A stretch of 64,000 nucleotides of DNA from Raja brachyura (Eukaryota), in NCBI GenBank assembly GCA_963514005.1, contig OY740811.1:14384001-14448000 (forward strand), given 5' to 3'. The translations under genes were made by a program, and so were the position numbers. Of the stretch, positions 38,762-50,432 are shown piece after piece. Under the pieces are notes generated by a model. It saw only the letters and a program-made list of their open reading frames with translations, did no database searches and had not been told where the DNA came from. Numbering within the stretch: position 1 is the stretch's first letter; every line of letters begins with the position of its first letter.

Positions 38762-41700
38762 GTGAGTTTTCACGCTTACATTCACTGCCTTTGCCTGTTG
38801 CTGTCTTCCTGTGTGTGGTGGCTTTTGTTGTGATGTGTTCGGTCTAATTATAAAGGAACTGAGAGAGAAATGGAACTTGCTGTACAAATCAAATTTTCTG
38901 CCTGTTTGGATCTATGCTACCCACTGAATTCACTGGATTTTCACAGAATTGCTGACAACTATGGAATTTGGGTCTTATTAATATCTCATTAACAACGACC
39001 AACTTTTCCAAGATTTACAGCTTTGCTGACATTACATCAGTGAGCACGAGGTGTTGACCAGCACATTCTTGGGGATGTAAAGGCATTACGTAAATGTAAA
39101 TCGAGGAACTGCAGATGCTGTAGTCGTCTGTAAAAGATAAAGTGCTGGAGGAACTCCGCTGATAAGGCAGCATCTGTGGAGGGAATAAGCCGATGACATT
39201 TCAGATAGGGACCCTTCTTCAGTCTGATTCTTTTGATGACCAGAAACAATGCCTGTTCATTTCCCTCCACAGATGCTGCCTGACCCTTTGAGTCCAAGCA
39301 CCTTGTGTTTTACACAAATGAAAGATTTTCATCGTTGCTGGTTAAAACCTTCACAACTAATCCTCCCTCACCCTCACTCTACCTATCCCACCAAAATAGA
39401 ACAACCCTCATGATATAGAAGCAAGGAACAGCAGATGCTGGTTTATAAAAAAAGACATAAAGTGCTGGATTAATTCAGCGGGTGAGGCAGCATCTCAGGA
39501 GAACATGGATAGGTGACGTTTCAGATCGGGACCCTTCTTCAGACTCACCATCCATGATCTCCAGGGTTCTTGCCTGATCTGCTGAATTACTCCAGCCCTT
39601 TGTGTCTTTTGTCTTGCCTCATAACATACTTCTGCTGAAAAGAGTCGAGAGACTGTCTTTGAGCACTTGGTTGTTCAAGCAAGATCCTATTTATAGAAGA
39701 TTGCACATGTTATGAGCTTCAGATTTGACCTTGAGACCGTGAATGGAAAATCTATTTTAATAGTAATAGGATTTTACATATTCAACCTTTCCTACCTATG
39801 CCTGTTCATTCCCATTTTCCTCCCTCATCCCCACCCCTCCTACACAATCCTTGTGATATTGGGGTGGCACAGTGACGCAGCTGGTAAACCTGCTGCCTTG
39901 CAGAGGCAAAGACCCCGGGTTTGATCCTGACATCGGGGGCTGGCTGTGTGGAGTTTGCACGTTCTTCCTGTGACTGTATGAGTTTCCTTTGGGTCCTCAA
40001 GTTTCCACCCACATCCCAAAGACGTGCCGCGATTTTATCTGCCTCCACACTGTTCCAGGCACTCACCACTCACTACTCTGTGTGTGTGTCCTGCACATCT
40101 CCTTTAAAATGTAGCCCTCTCACCTCTACAGTCCTACCTGCCATCATCCTCTGCAGATTCGGCTATCATGGAACAGGATTAAGTGAGGTCCTAGCAGACA
40201 CAAACTAGCATACGCGTAGGATTTTTCTCTGTAGAATGTCGCCACATGGGTGAGGAACAGATCATCACTCAAAACTAGTGCAGGCCCCATGCATGTGGCC
40301 ATTTTAACGTGCCTTTTCCACAGCTAAAGAGGTCATAAAGTCATGTGATTGGAGCAGAATTAGGCCATTCAGCCCATCTAGTCTACTCCACCATTCAATC
40401 ATGGCTGATCTATCTCCTCCTCCTAACCACATTCTACTGCCTTCTCCCCATAATTCCTGACACCCATACTAATCAAGAATCTATCTCTGCCTTAATAATA
40501 TCCATTGACTTGGCCTCCACAGCCTTCTGTGGCAAAGAAATCCACAGATTCACCACCCTCTGACTAAAGAAATTCCTCCTCATCTCCTTCCTAAAGGAAC
40601 GTCCTTTAGGAAGGAGATGAAACCAATTTTTGACCTTATATATTCTGCCAGTGTGCGAATTGAGCCTGATGCTGGCTGGATGAATATGCTTCATTTATGC
40701 AGACTGCTAGTTTGGTGATCCTGTCACACCCGGTACCTGTCATTAGAGACCTCACGACACATGTCTGCCGGCAACTCATCAGCTGTAAACTGTGAACAGA
40801 AGGATGAATCTTAAAATAAGAAATTAGCATTTTCACATAAATACATAATTGCTTGGTGTGACGGTGATATGTAATCCAGGATAACGATCCATGATTTATT
40901 GTTTTGTTGGAATGTACAGCAGTTATGTTTGCTCTCAATTTCTTTGACATACAGACCTTACTCTGATGGTGTGTTTGATGCTATTTGTTCCGTATCTTTG
41001 GAATTTGTGACAGTACAGTACAGGTAACCAGTATGGTCCATTAACCCTCTTAAATTCACTATCTTGGTTTGTATTTTCCTATACCACACAAAAATCAGTC
41101 TATATTCAACTGTCCACAAGTAGTTGAATGCTCATTCTGACGAAGTGTCTAGACTAGACCCAAAACGGCACCTGTTCCTTATCTCCAGAAATGCTGACTG
41201 ACCCGCTGAGTTACTCCAGCATGTTGCGTCTATTCACAGTGGAAATTGAGATTAGATTCACCATGCTCACCAATGATTAACTCCATTGAATTTGCCAATG
41301 AAGAGCCCATTGACACAACTGGCCACCCAATACATGTTAGTTTGCCTGACAGGTCATTGCTTGTCCTTCTAATGTTGGCACGGACTGGAGGGGCCGAGAG
41401 GGCCTGTTTCCGTGCTGTAATTGTTATATGGTTCATCAAATCCAGATGTTCAAGGTGTGAGGCCTGAACAAATTTATAGGATGAGCAGATTAGAATTAAG
41501 AAAATTATATCTTAGTCACGTTGTGTCTCATCATATGTCATAGCATCATACAGTGTGGAAACAGGCCCTTCAGCCCAACTTGCCCATACCGACCACCAAG
41601 TCCCAGCTACACTGGTCCCACTTGCCTGCATTAGGCCATATCCGTCTAAACCTGTCCTATCCATTTACCTGTCTGTTTATTAAATGTTGGGATAGTCCCC

Positions 41701-42919
41701 ACCTCAACTACCTCCTCTGGCAGCTTGTTCCATACACCCACCACCCTTTGTGTGAAGAAGTTACCCCTCAGATTCCTGTAAAATCTGACCTCCTTCATCA
41801 CAAACCTATGCCCTCTGGGCAAGGGATTCTATGCATCTACCCGATCTATTCCTCGATATATTTGGATCGTGGGAAGATAGAGTCATTGTATCAAGCAACA
41901 CAGACAGGTGTGTGCTTGGAATGTGTAACCAGGGGTAGTGGTGAAGGCAGATATGATAATGGCATTTAAGAATTATTTAGCCACCTACATGGATACTCAG
42001 GGAATGGAGGCACATGGAGAGGAGATTAGTTAAAGTCGGCATCATGTTCGGCACGGACATTTTGGCCAAAAAGCCTGGTCCTGTGCTGTACCGTTCTAGG
42101 TTCAATGTCTCAACAGAAGGCAAAGTCATCACCTCAGGAACCGTGTGTAGGAAGGAACTGCAGATGCTGGTTTAAACCGAAGATAGACACAAAAAGATGG
42201 AGTAACTCAGCGGGTCAGACAGCATCTCTGGAAAAAAGGAGTCGGTGCCGTTTTGGGTCTGGAGGAGGGACTCGACCCAAAACATCAGCTATTTTCTCCA
42301 GAGATGCTGTTTGACCGGCTGAGTTACTCCATCTTTTTGTGTCTAACCTCAGGAATCAGTTTGGTGGACCATCTCCATCACCAACAAATACATTATGTTT
42401 TAGGTGAAGAGACAAAATCTGTACACAGTGTGAGAGATGTGGCTACACATAATTACATAGATAATTGCAGTAATGGACACCTCAAGATGTTGCCTCACGA
42501 AGTATCTCCAGAGCTTCTGGAAATATTGTCACACTGATGTGTCTGCTCTTTAATCGTGACCTGCACTTTACACACGTGTTCTGTTCCTAACATTATTAAA
42601 CCTGAGGAATGAACCAAGCAACTAAAAATCGGTACAAGTAATACCCAACTCTTGAATCTGATTAAAATTCCACCGATACTTCTTCCATTTAAGCAATTCT
42701 AAAATCTCAAAATTTGGACCACTGGGTGTATGGAAAATACTTTATTTTTTCCAAGTATTTAATTTAAATTGCTAACAGCAATGTTTTAGTGTTACAGTGA
42801 CAGAGGAGTTATTGGACCCGAGAGGTGATACCGTGTACTCATTGTGTTCTTTGTGTTAATTATAGATTTGGAGTTCTGAGCTTGTTTCTTTAACAGGCTT
42901 TTAATTCTCGTTTGTTTAG

Positions 42920-43144
42920 TGAGAAAGCGATACAAGTTAATTACTTTGAGCTGAGCATCAAAACAGAAGCGACACAGGGACTGATTCTGTGGAGTGGAAA
43001 GATTGCCGAGAGGTCGGACTACATCGCCCTGGCTGTCGTGGATGGGCTTGTGCAGATGACGTATGACCTTGGATCTAAACCCGTCGTCCTCCACTCTACG
43101 ATTCCAGTCAACACAAATCAGTGGGTTAGGATTAAAGCAAACAG
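42920..43144 (+). CDS. AGRN: Agrin exon: LG3
   Basis: gtttag|TGAGAAAGCG...AACAG|gtaaac, 225 nt, phase 2-2. Encodes [42 protein letters not shown]...WVRIKANR. Confidence 0.97.
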
Positions 43145-43234
43145 GTAAACATGTCCAACGCATTTAATTTCATTGAGTAGGACTGAGCTGAGTTTACTGT
43201 TGAAACTCTTCCAGCAAAATGTTTAGTCCATCTA

Positions 43235-45220
43235 CAGTGCCCTCCATAATATTTGGGACAAAGACCCATCATTTATTTATTTGCCTCTGTCAGGTCAAGT
43301 CAACTTTATTTGCAACATACACATCCAAGATGTACAGTGAAATGAAAGTGGCAATGCTTGCGGCATTGTGCAAAACGACAGAGCAGAACAGAACCAATAT
43401 TTACTTTTTTTTTAAAAAGACACAACGGTATTTATGCCCTGGTGAGATCAGAGTTTACAGTCCTGATGGCCTGTGGGAAGAGACTCAGTCTCATCCACTC
43501 TGTTTTCACAGCGTGACAGCGGAGGCGCTTGCCTGACTGTAGCAGCTGGAACAGTCAGTTGCTGGGATGGTAGGGGTCCTTCATGATCCTGCAGGCTCTG
43601 GATCTGCACCTCCTGGTGTGTAGCTCCTGCAGGGGGAGGGGTGCAGTTCCCATGGTGCGTTCGGCTGAACGCACTACTCTCTGCAGAGCCTTCCTGTCCT
43701 GGGCAGAGCTGTTGCCAAACCAGATAGAGATGTTTCCAGTCAGGATGCTTTTTACAGCACCAGAGTAGAAGGATTGAAGGATCCTCAGAGAGATTCTGAA
43801 TTTCCTCAGCTGCCTAAAGTGGTAAAGGCACTGCCTTGCCTTACTTACCAGTGCGGCAGTGTGTGTTGGCCATGTCAAATCCTCAGTGATGTGGAATCCC
43901 AGGTATTTAAAACTGCTCACCCTATCCCATTAATCCACAGTGGCGTGTACATCCTTGGTTGTTGTGCCTTTCTAAAGTCCACAATCAGCTCCTTAGTTTT
44001 TGTGTCCATTCAAGAGGAGGTTGTTATTCTGACACCAGAGTGCCAGGTCAGCCACCTCCTCCAGGTAGGCCTTCAATCGTTATCTGAGATCAAGCCCACC
44101 ACCACTGTGTGTGTCATCAGCAAACTTAATGATGAAGTTGGAGCCGAGCCTGGCCACACATTCATGTGGGTACCGGGAGTACAGTAGGGGGCCGAGGACG
44201 CAACCCTGGGGGATCCTGTGTTCGGGGTGAGGGGGTTGGAGGTATGTCTACCCATCTTGACCACCGTGCGGCCTGGCGGTCAGAAAGTCCAGTGTTCAGT
44301 CCCAGTTCCAGCAACTTCTCAGAAAGTCTTGTGGGGACTATGGTGTTGAAAGCTGAATTGAAATCAATGTAGAGCATCCTCACATAGCTCCCCTTCAGGC
44401 TGTCAAGATGTACTCCACAATTTGAGATTTGTAATAGAAAAAACCCCATGTGGTTAAAGTGCACATTGTCAAATTTCATTAAAGGCCATTTTTATACATT
44501 TTGGTTTTACCATGTAGAAATTACAACTGTGAGCTATGTTTAGACATAGTCCCCCATTTCAGGGCAACATAATGTTTGGGACACATGGCTTCACAGGTCT
44601 TTGTAATTGCTCAGGTGTGTTTAATTGCCTCCTTAATGCAGGGAAAAGAGAGATCTCAGCACATAGTCTTTCCATTAACTTTGGAAACTTTTATTGCTGT
44701 TTATCAACATGAGGACCAAAGTTGTGCCAATGAAAGTCAAAGAAGCCATTATGAGACTGAGAAACAAGAATAGAGACATCAGCCAAACCTTAGGCTTACC
44801 ATCATTAAGAAGAAAGAGAGCACTGGTGAGCTTACTAATCGCAAAGGGACTGACAGGCCAAGGATGACCCCCACAGCTGATGACAGAAGAATTCTCTCTA
44901 TAATAAAGAACAATCCCCAAACACCTTTTATATGTGGAAGAGAAAACTGAAGGGGACTATCCCCCAAAACAAGCATAAGCAAAAGATGGCTGCAATACAG
45001 GCCTGGCAGAGCATCACCAGAGAAGACACCCAGCAACTGGTGATGTCCACGAATCGCAGGCTTCAAGCAGTCATTGCATGCAAAGGATATGCAACAAAAT
45101 ATCAAACATGACTACTTTCATTTACATTACTTTGCTGTGTCCAAAACATTATGGTGCCTTGAAATGAGGGGGGGACTATGTTTAAGCACTGCTGTAATTT
45201 CTACATGGTGAAACCAAATT
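43235..45220 (+). mobile_element. Tc1-like transposon, internally deleted, interrupted by a LINE
   Basis: TA|CAGTGCCCTCCATAAT..TTTGGGACA terminus with an inner direct repeat at ~44562-44583. Transposase N-terminus MRTKVVPMKVKEAIMRLR at 44709 and C-terminus AWQSITREDTQQLVMSTNRRLQAVIACKGYATKY. Right inverted repeat truncated. Confidence 0.85.
43291..44408 (-). mobile_element. Rex1/Babar-like LINE fragment with RT remnants
   Basis: [18 protein letters not shown] and FKYLGFHITEDLTW...KARQCLYHFRQLRKF in broken frames; AATAAAGTTGACTTGAC-type tail at the left end. Confidence 0.88.
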
Positions 45221-45340
45221 TTGTGCATCGGTGATCTGTTTTCAATGTTAATAATAGCAGTCCATAATGAGAATCATCCCTGCTCATTCTAGTTCTGTAG
45301 CATTGGTTTATTTGTCATTCCTTTCCCGGTTCCCCAACAG

Positions 45341-45444
45341 AATACATCGATACGGGACTCTCCAAGTAGGAAATGAAGCCCCCGTGACTGGCTCTTCCCC
45401 TTTTGGCGCCACGCAGTTGGATACTGATGGAGCACTCTGGCTTG
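45341..45444 (+). CDS. AGRN: Agrin exon: LG3
   Basis: caacag|AATACAT...CTTG|gtaaga, 104 nt, phase 2 to 1. Encodes [35 protein letters not shown]. Confidence 0.97.
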
Positions 45445-46426
45445 GTAAGATGGGTACTTTAACTTTGCCTGTAATTCTAGGAAAAAAGCTTCAAAGGAAA
45501 TGATTGGCAAGATATTTAGGCTTAAACAAGTCCGTCTACTGTTTCAGTTGACTTCATGTTCCATAGTTCAAATGAGAGCAGATTTTTCAGCTTGGTTTGT
45601 GTGAATGAGTCGACATGTGAGAAGCACAGTGATGCAGCGGGTAGAGCTGCTGCCTCACGGTGCCAGAGGGCACAGCATCCAAATAGAAGGACGTACGTTT
45701 AGAATGGAGATCGGGGGGAATTTATATAGCCTGAGGGTGGTGAATCGGTGCCATTGCCACAGACGGCTGTGGAGACCAAGTCATTGGGTATCTTTAAGGC
45801 AAAGATGGATAGGTTCGTGATTAGTAAGGGTGTCAAAGGTTACGGTGGAAGGCAGGAGAATGGGGTTGAGAAGGAAAGATAGATCAGCCATGATCGAATG
45901 GTGGAACGGACTCGACGGGCTGAGTGACCTAATTCTGCTCCTATGCTTTATGGTCCATGACACAATAAGTTAATGATATAGAAATTATCTTTGAAGAAAG
46001 TCAGTGCAAACATTTGGCTCAATACCAATAAGTCAGATTTCTATATTTCATTGCTTCGTGACGTTTCTATTGAAGATGCACAAATTTCAAAGTATTAATA
46101 TTACAAATATCATGAAGTTATTTTCTTAGAGCTGCCAATGTGAATATGTTCATTCTGACGATCCAACAGTTATTAGGCTTCCTGAGCACAGATAAAAAAA
46201 ACACATTCTAACATTGGTTTAGTAATGCATTAATCGGGATTCAACCATATTGATCTGTATCATTAGAACTAAGAGATCCTTGGCCTGTAATGCAATATCC
46301 CCATTAATACAGTGGGAACTGATTGAACAAAAGTGCTTGGATTAGAGATTTATATCCATGCAAAGCTTTTAGTTTTATCGGACATGCTGTGCCCTCGTCT
46401 CACGGATAATTGCTCTTATTGTCTAG

Positions 46427-46587
46427 GCGGAATTGAGAAGCTGGCACATGGAAACAGATTACCGAAGGCCTACAGCACTGGTTTCATCGGCTGCATAAAG
46501 GACGTGGTTATTGATCGTCAAGAACTTCAGCTAGTGGAAGACGCCTTGAATAATCCCACAATATTACACTGTCCAGCCAAAAAATGA
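46427..46587 (+). CDS. AGRN: Agrin last coding exon: end of LG3 and stop
   Basis: gtctag|GCGGAATT. Encodes GIEKLAHGNRLPKAYSTGFIGCIKDVVIDRQELQLVEDALNNPTILHCPAKK, TGA at 46585-46587. Confidence 0.97.
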
Positions 46588-49190
46588 ACAGGCTATGCCT
46601 ACTGCTGTAATTATTTTCTATTTTTGTATACTTTTATTGCTTTTTATATTGAAAATGTTTTTGTTGCAGTATATCAAGCTAATCTCACAAGCAAACCAAA
46701 TGATCTAAATGTCCTTGGCTACAATTACACTGTACACAGTTCAGTTGTACTTGAACCTGTGATATTTGGTGCTGGTGTTACCTACTGTCTTCATTGAATC
46801 ATTTTGCTTCACACTCTGGTGGTTCAGCTCTTCTTAATGGTAACCGGCAGTTAAATGCCATTATGATTGCTACCTGCAGACCGAACATGACTAATGTGTT
46901 TGCACAGATTTGATCCATTATATCAAATTGCCATACACGATTAATCTCCAGATGTTTTATTCCTTTACTTATAATAAATTGTGCCTTTTTTTTGTTCCAT
47001 TATGTACTTCTTTGAGAATTAGACACATTGCAAGACTGAACTAGCCAACGCTGAGGGTGTTTGTGGAAAATGAGGGCTAAAGCTGAGAAAATCTTTGAAC
47101 AAAAGCAAATGCAGCTGTGAATAAGGAATTAAGTTTCCCCTTCGTTCTTCAAAAGTATCCATTTCAAAACTTAAACAGGCGGGCCCGTTCTCTGGGTCTC
47201 TCACGTAGTTCAAAGTTTCTTACAATCCCACTTCACAAAACAAGTTAAACTGTTAACATCATTGTGCTTTTGTCTGAGACCAGGAAGTGAACACCATTGA
47301 TTATCCTAATAGTTTGTGGAAGGATAATTTAGATTGGATCAAGTAATGCGATATTTTGTGAACTTCATTGGAGCCTCTTCATCACCGTAAGCTCCGACAG
47401 TCTGTCCACAACATGTTGCTCACAGTTCTTTGCTGCAATGCCCCAGCCATTGAGGTAAACATTTACTGCCTTTCATTCACATGGCAAAGTGTGGAAGGAA
47501 GCCGACACAATTGACAAGAGTTTGCTGTTCCATTTAACAATACTTTTATCTGTAAAAGTCCCAGCCACAGGAATAACCTCCCACTTGTGTTGCTCACTGT
47601 GTATAGTGTATATAGTAAGGGCGATACCTTTTGCTTAACACTTGTGAGATTGCATGTGGCCTAAAGGCCTTGGACTGTGAGAAATATGCCCGTATGTTAA
47701 GGGTCATGAATAAAGACTGACGTTTTGTTGGAATTGACATGCAAGGGAAAGAAGCAAAGAGCTTTGACCCACATGTGGCATGCTACTGAGCGGCCCCATA
47801 ATATAATGTCCTCCTTGCTGTTAATGTACTCCACCTGCAGACCTGGCCAATGGAGAGAACGAGGGCACTGGTTGCTGCTGTAAAGCTGTATCCACTTGGT
47901 AATTTAACATTGGAAAAGGTTTGCTGAAAATGAGCTTTGCTTTAGTGAACGATGAAATACGCCGAGGATTTTGCAAGTGGCATGAGTGGCGGTGAATGTG
48001 TCAAGACTGCTGTAAAAATTTGGTCTCTGCAATGTGCATTGATTCAGATTGTGATACTAGTTATCAACGTTACTCATTGGTGTCATTCTTTGACTTCTCG
48101 ATCACCCGATTTTCCTTTCCATAGAGAGTATTTTGTAAAAACAATTCAGCCTTAACAATTAGTATGTATTTGCGGAATTTATTTTTATTGTATGACAGCC
48201 AAATGCATTTCATTAGTTCAGCCTGCGAGGATGTTGCTCGGAGCCAGGAGGACATATTGAGTCAGCAGGACACAGGAATGTGTTTGCCGACTGATGGAAA
48301 TGTAAGGTGGACAAACACAGGTGATGGTCTTGATCAGAATGCTCCTGATATTTACAGGGCCTTCCATATTGCAGGATTTGGCATGTTTTAAAAAAAATGT
48401 AATTTAGCCAAAAGATATTCTGTGAAAGGCAATGACATTAATGGATGATGGATCCTCATTGTGTGATATTTTCACCTGTTAAGGCCAATAATAAATCTTG
48501 GTCGTTGCCATGGTTTTAAATGCTACCTGCGATCATCAGGACGCAGGTTTTTCTGCATTATTGGTCATTTTATTGCCTTTATTTTTGAAGTAACCTCTGG
48601 CCTTTTTGCATTGCCCTGAATTTTCTGTGCCCTGTTGTCCCTACTTTGCTTTCCTCCCCATTATTGCCAGCTACATTGAGCCTACAGCTCTGGAACACAG
48701 GTCGTAGGATTCAAAGGGAGTCAATGGAATGAGCTTGTGTGTTATTCCGAATTGGGAGAAATGAAGGGGGTTGAGTTGGACGGAAACATTCCAAAATGCC
48801 GTGTCTTGTCTTCAGAAATGTTTGTGAGAAACGGGGGAGGGGAGGGCGGCCTCAGAAATGCCTTAAATGCCAAGTTCGCCGATCTTGTAGTGAACTTCAC
48901 TGCACACACCTTGTGTTGTGCACTTACTTTTATTTGACGTTTTACTGCTGGTGTTTTAACTCTAATGTAAAAAAATATTCAAGCCCTTTTTTTTAAAAGA
49001 AATAAATTGCTGGTTTTATTTATGTGTTTCCATACAATGTATTTTCTGGTACATGATCATTGTAAACTGCTGTAATTAATCTGTAAGGACAGTGCACAGT
49101 ATGTGATCAGCATGATGTAACCATTACTAACTTTATTACTCGTGTCCTTTGGCCAATCGTCATGAAATAAAGTGTAAAACTTCCAAACAC
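46588..49190 (+). other. AGRN: Agrin 3'UTR (~2.6 kb)
   Basis: Long stretch with no recognisable SINE/LINE in an otherwise repeat-dense locus, ending shortly after an AATAAA. End coordinate approximate. Confidence 0.75.
49166..49171 (+). terminator. Probable main agrin polyadenylation signal
   Basis: AATAAA in GAAATAAAGTGTAAAACTT, followed by U/GU-rich sequence and then repeats. Other AATAAA hexamers occur at 47709, 48490 and 49001. Confidence 0.7.
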
Positions 49191-49296
49191 ATTTGGTTCC
49201 CCTTTCTGTGTGGAAAGTGATTATTCAAGGTTTGTTCAAAAATGGATATTAGATTTGTGACTTTGTTAAACTGCACAACAATAGTAACAATGGTTG

Positions 49297-49420
49297 GTTC
49301 TCCATCGAGGAAGAAACGGAGGGCTTTGAGACCCTCCTGGTGGGGGATGGAGGTGTAGAGTGATTGGACATCCATGGTGAAGGTGAGGGAATGGGGGGAC
49401 TAGAAAACGGAAATCCTGGT
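49297..49420 (-). mobile_element. Penelope-like reverse transcriptase fragment
   Basis: Reads TMDVQSLYTSIPHQEGLKALRFFLD, the PLE RT D(V)xSLYTxIP motif. Confidence 0.8.
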
Positions 49421-50149
49421 CTGGAGGAAACGGATAGGTGATATTTCAGATCGGGACCCTTCTTCAGACTGGGAGCAGTAACTGTCCTTTTTCACAAGTC
49501 TGCAGAAGGGTCTCGACCCAAAACCTCACCTATCCTTTTTCTCCCAAGATGCTGCCTGACCTGCTGAGTACTCCAGCACTTTGTGTCTATCTTTGGTATT
49601 AACCAGCATCTGCAGTTCTCTGTTTCTAGAAAGACAATAGGGCATAGCTTTAGGGTGAGAGGGGAAATGTTTAAAGAAGATGTGCGGGACAAGTATTTTT
49701 ACACAGAGGGTGGTGGGTGCCTGGAACTTGCTGCCAAGGGTATTGGCAGAGGCAGATACCGATAAAGGGACTTTTAGATGGGCACGTGGATATGCAGGAA
49801 GGGGAGGGATATGGATCATGTGCAGTCAGAGGAGATTAGTTCAATTTGGCATCAACATTGTGGGCTGAAGGGCCTGTTCCTGTGCTGTTCTGTTCTATGT
49901 AACCACAGCTCTAACAAGGTGCAATGTGCTGAATGTTTAAAGCACAGTCTATTTACTTATTTATGTTCTTCATCCAAACTGCACAGTTCATTATTTGTAA
50001 TCATTTTGCAGCAAAATACATGGCTGGAAATAAATCTGATCTCATTTTGGAGCGTTAAAATAGTGTTTCTATTAAAGTTGCAGAGCCGAAGAGCTAACAG
50101 TCTTATGTAAATACAGGTGCTCTGTGAATACTAAAACAATTTAAAGTAT

Positions 50150-50432
50150 TTTATTTTAGAGATATAGTGTGGGAATAGGCCCTTCGGCTCACCAGGTCCG
50201 CACCAACCAACTCACCCCGTACACTAGTTCTATCCTACACTCCAAGGACAATTTACAGAAGCCAATTAACCTAGGTATCTGTTCGGCTTTGGAATGTGGG
50301 AGGAAACCAGAGCACCCAGAGAAAACCCACAAGGTCACAAGGAGAACATACAAATTCCTATAGACAGCACCCATAGTCAGGAACAAACTCTGGTCTCTGG
50401 CACAGCAACTCTACCGCTGCGTCACTGTGCCA
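50150..50432 (-). mobile_element. tRNA-derived SINE
   Basis: Reverse copy of the same SINE family. Confidence 0.8.

Noticed and set aside
47952-48996. Short ORFs in the agrin 3'UTR
   Set aside because: No recognisable homology or splice signals; lengths are as expected by chance.
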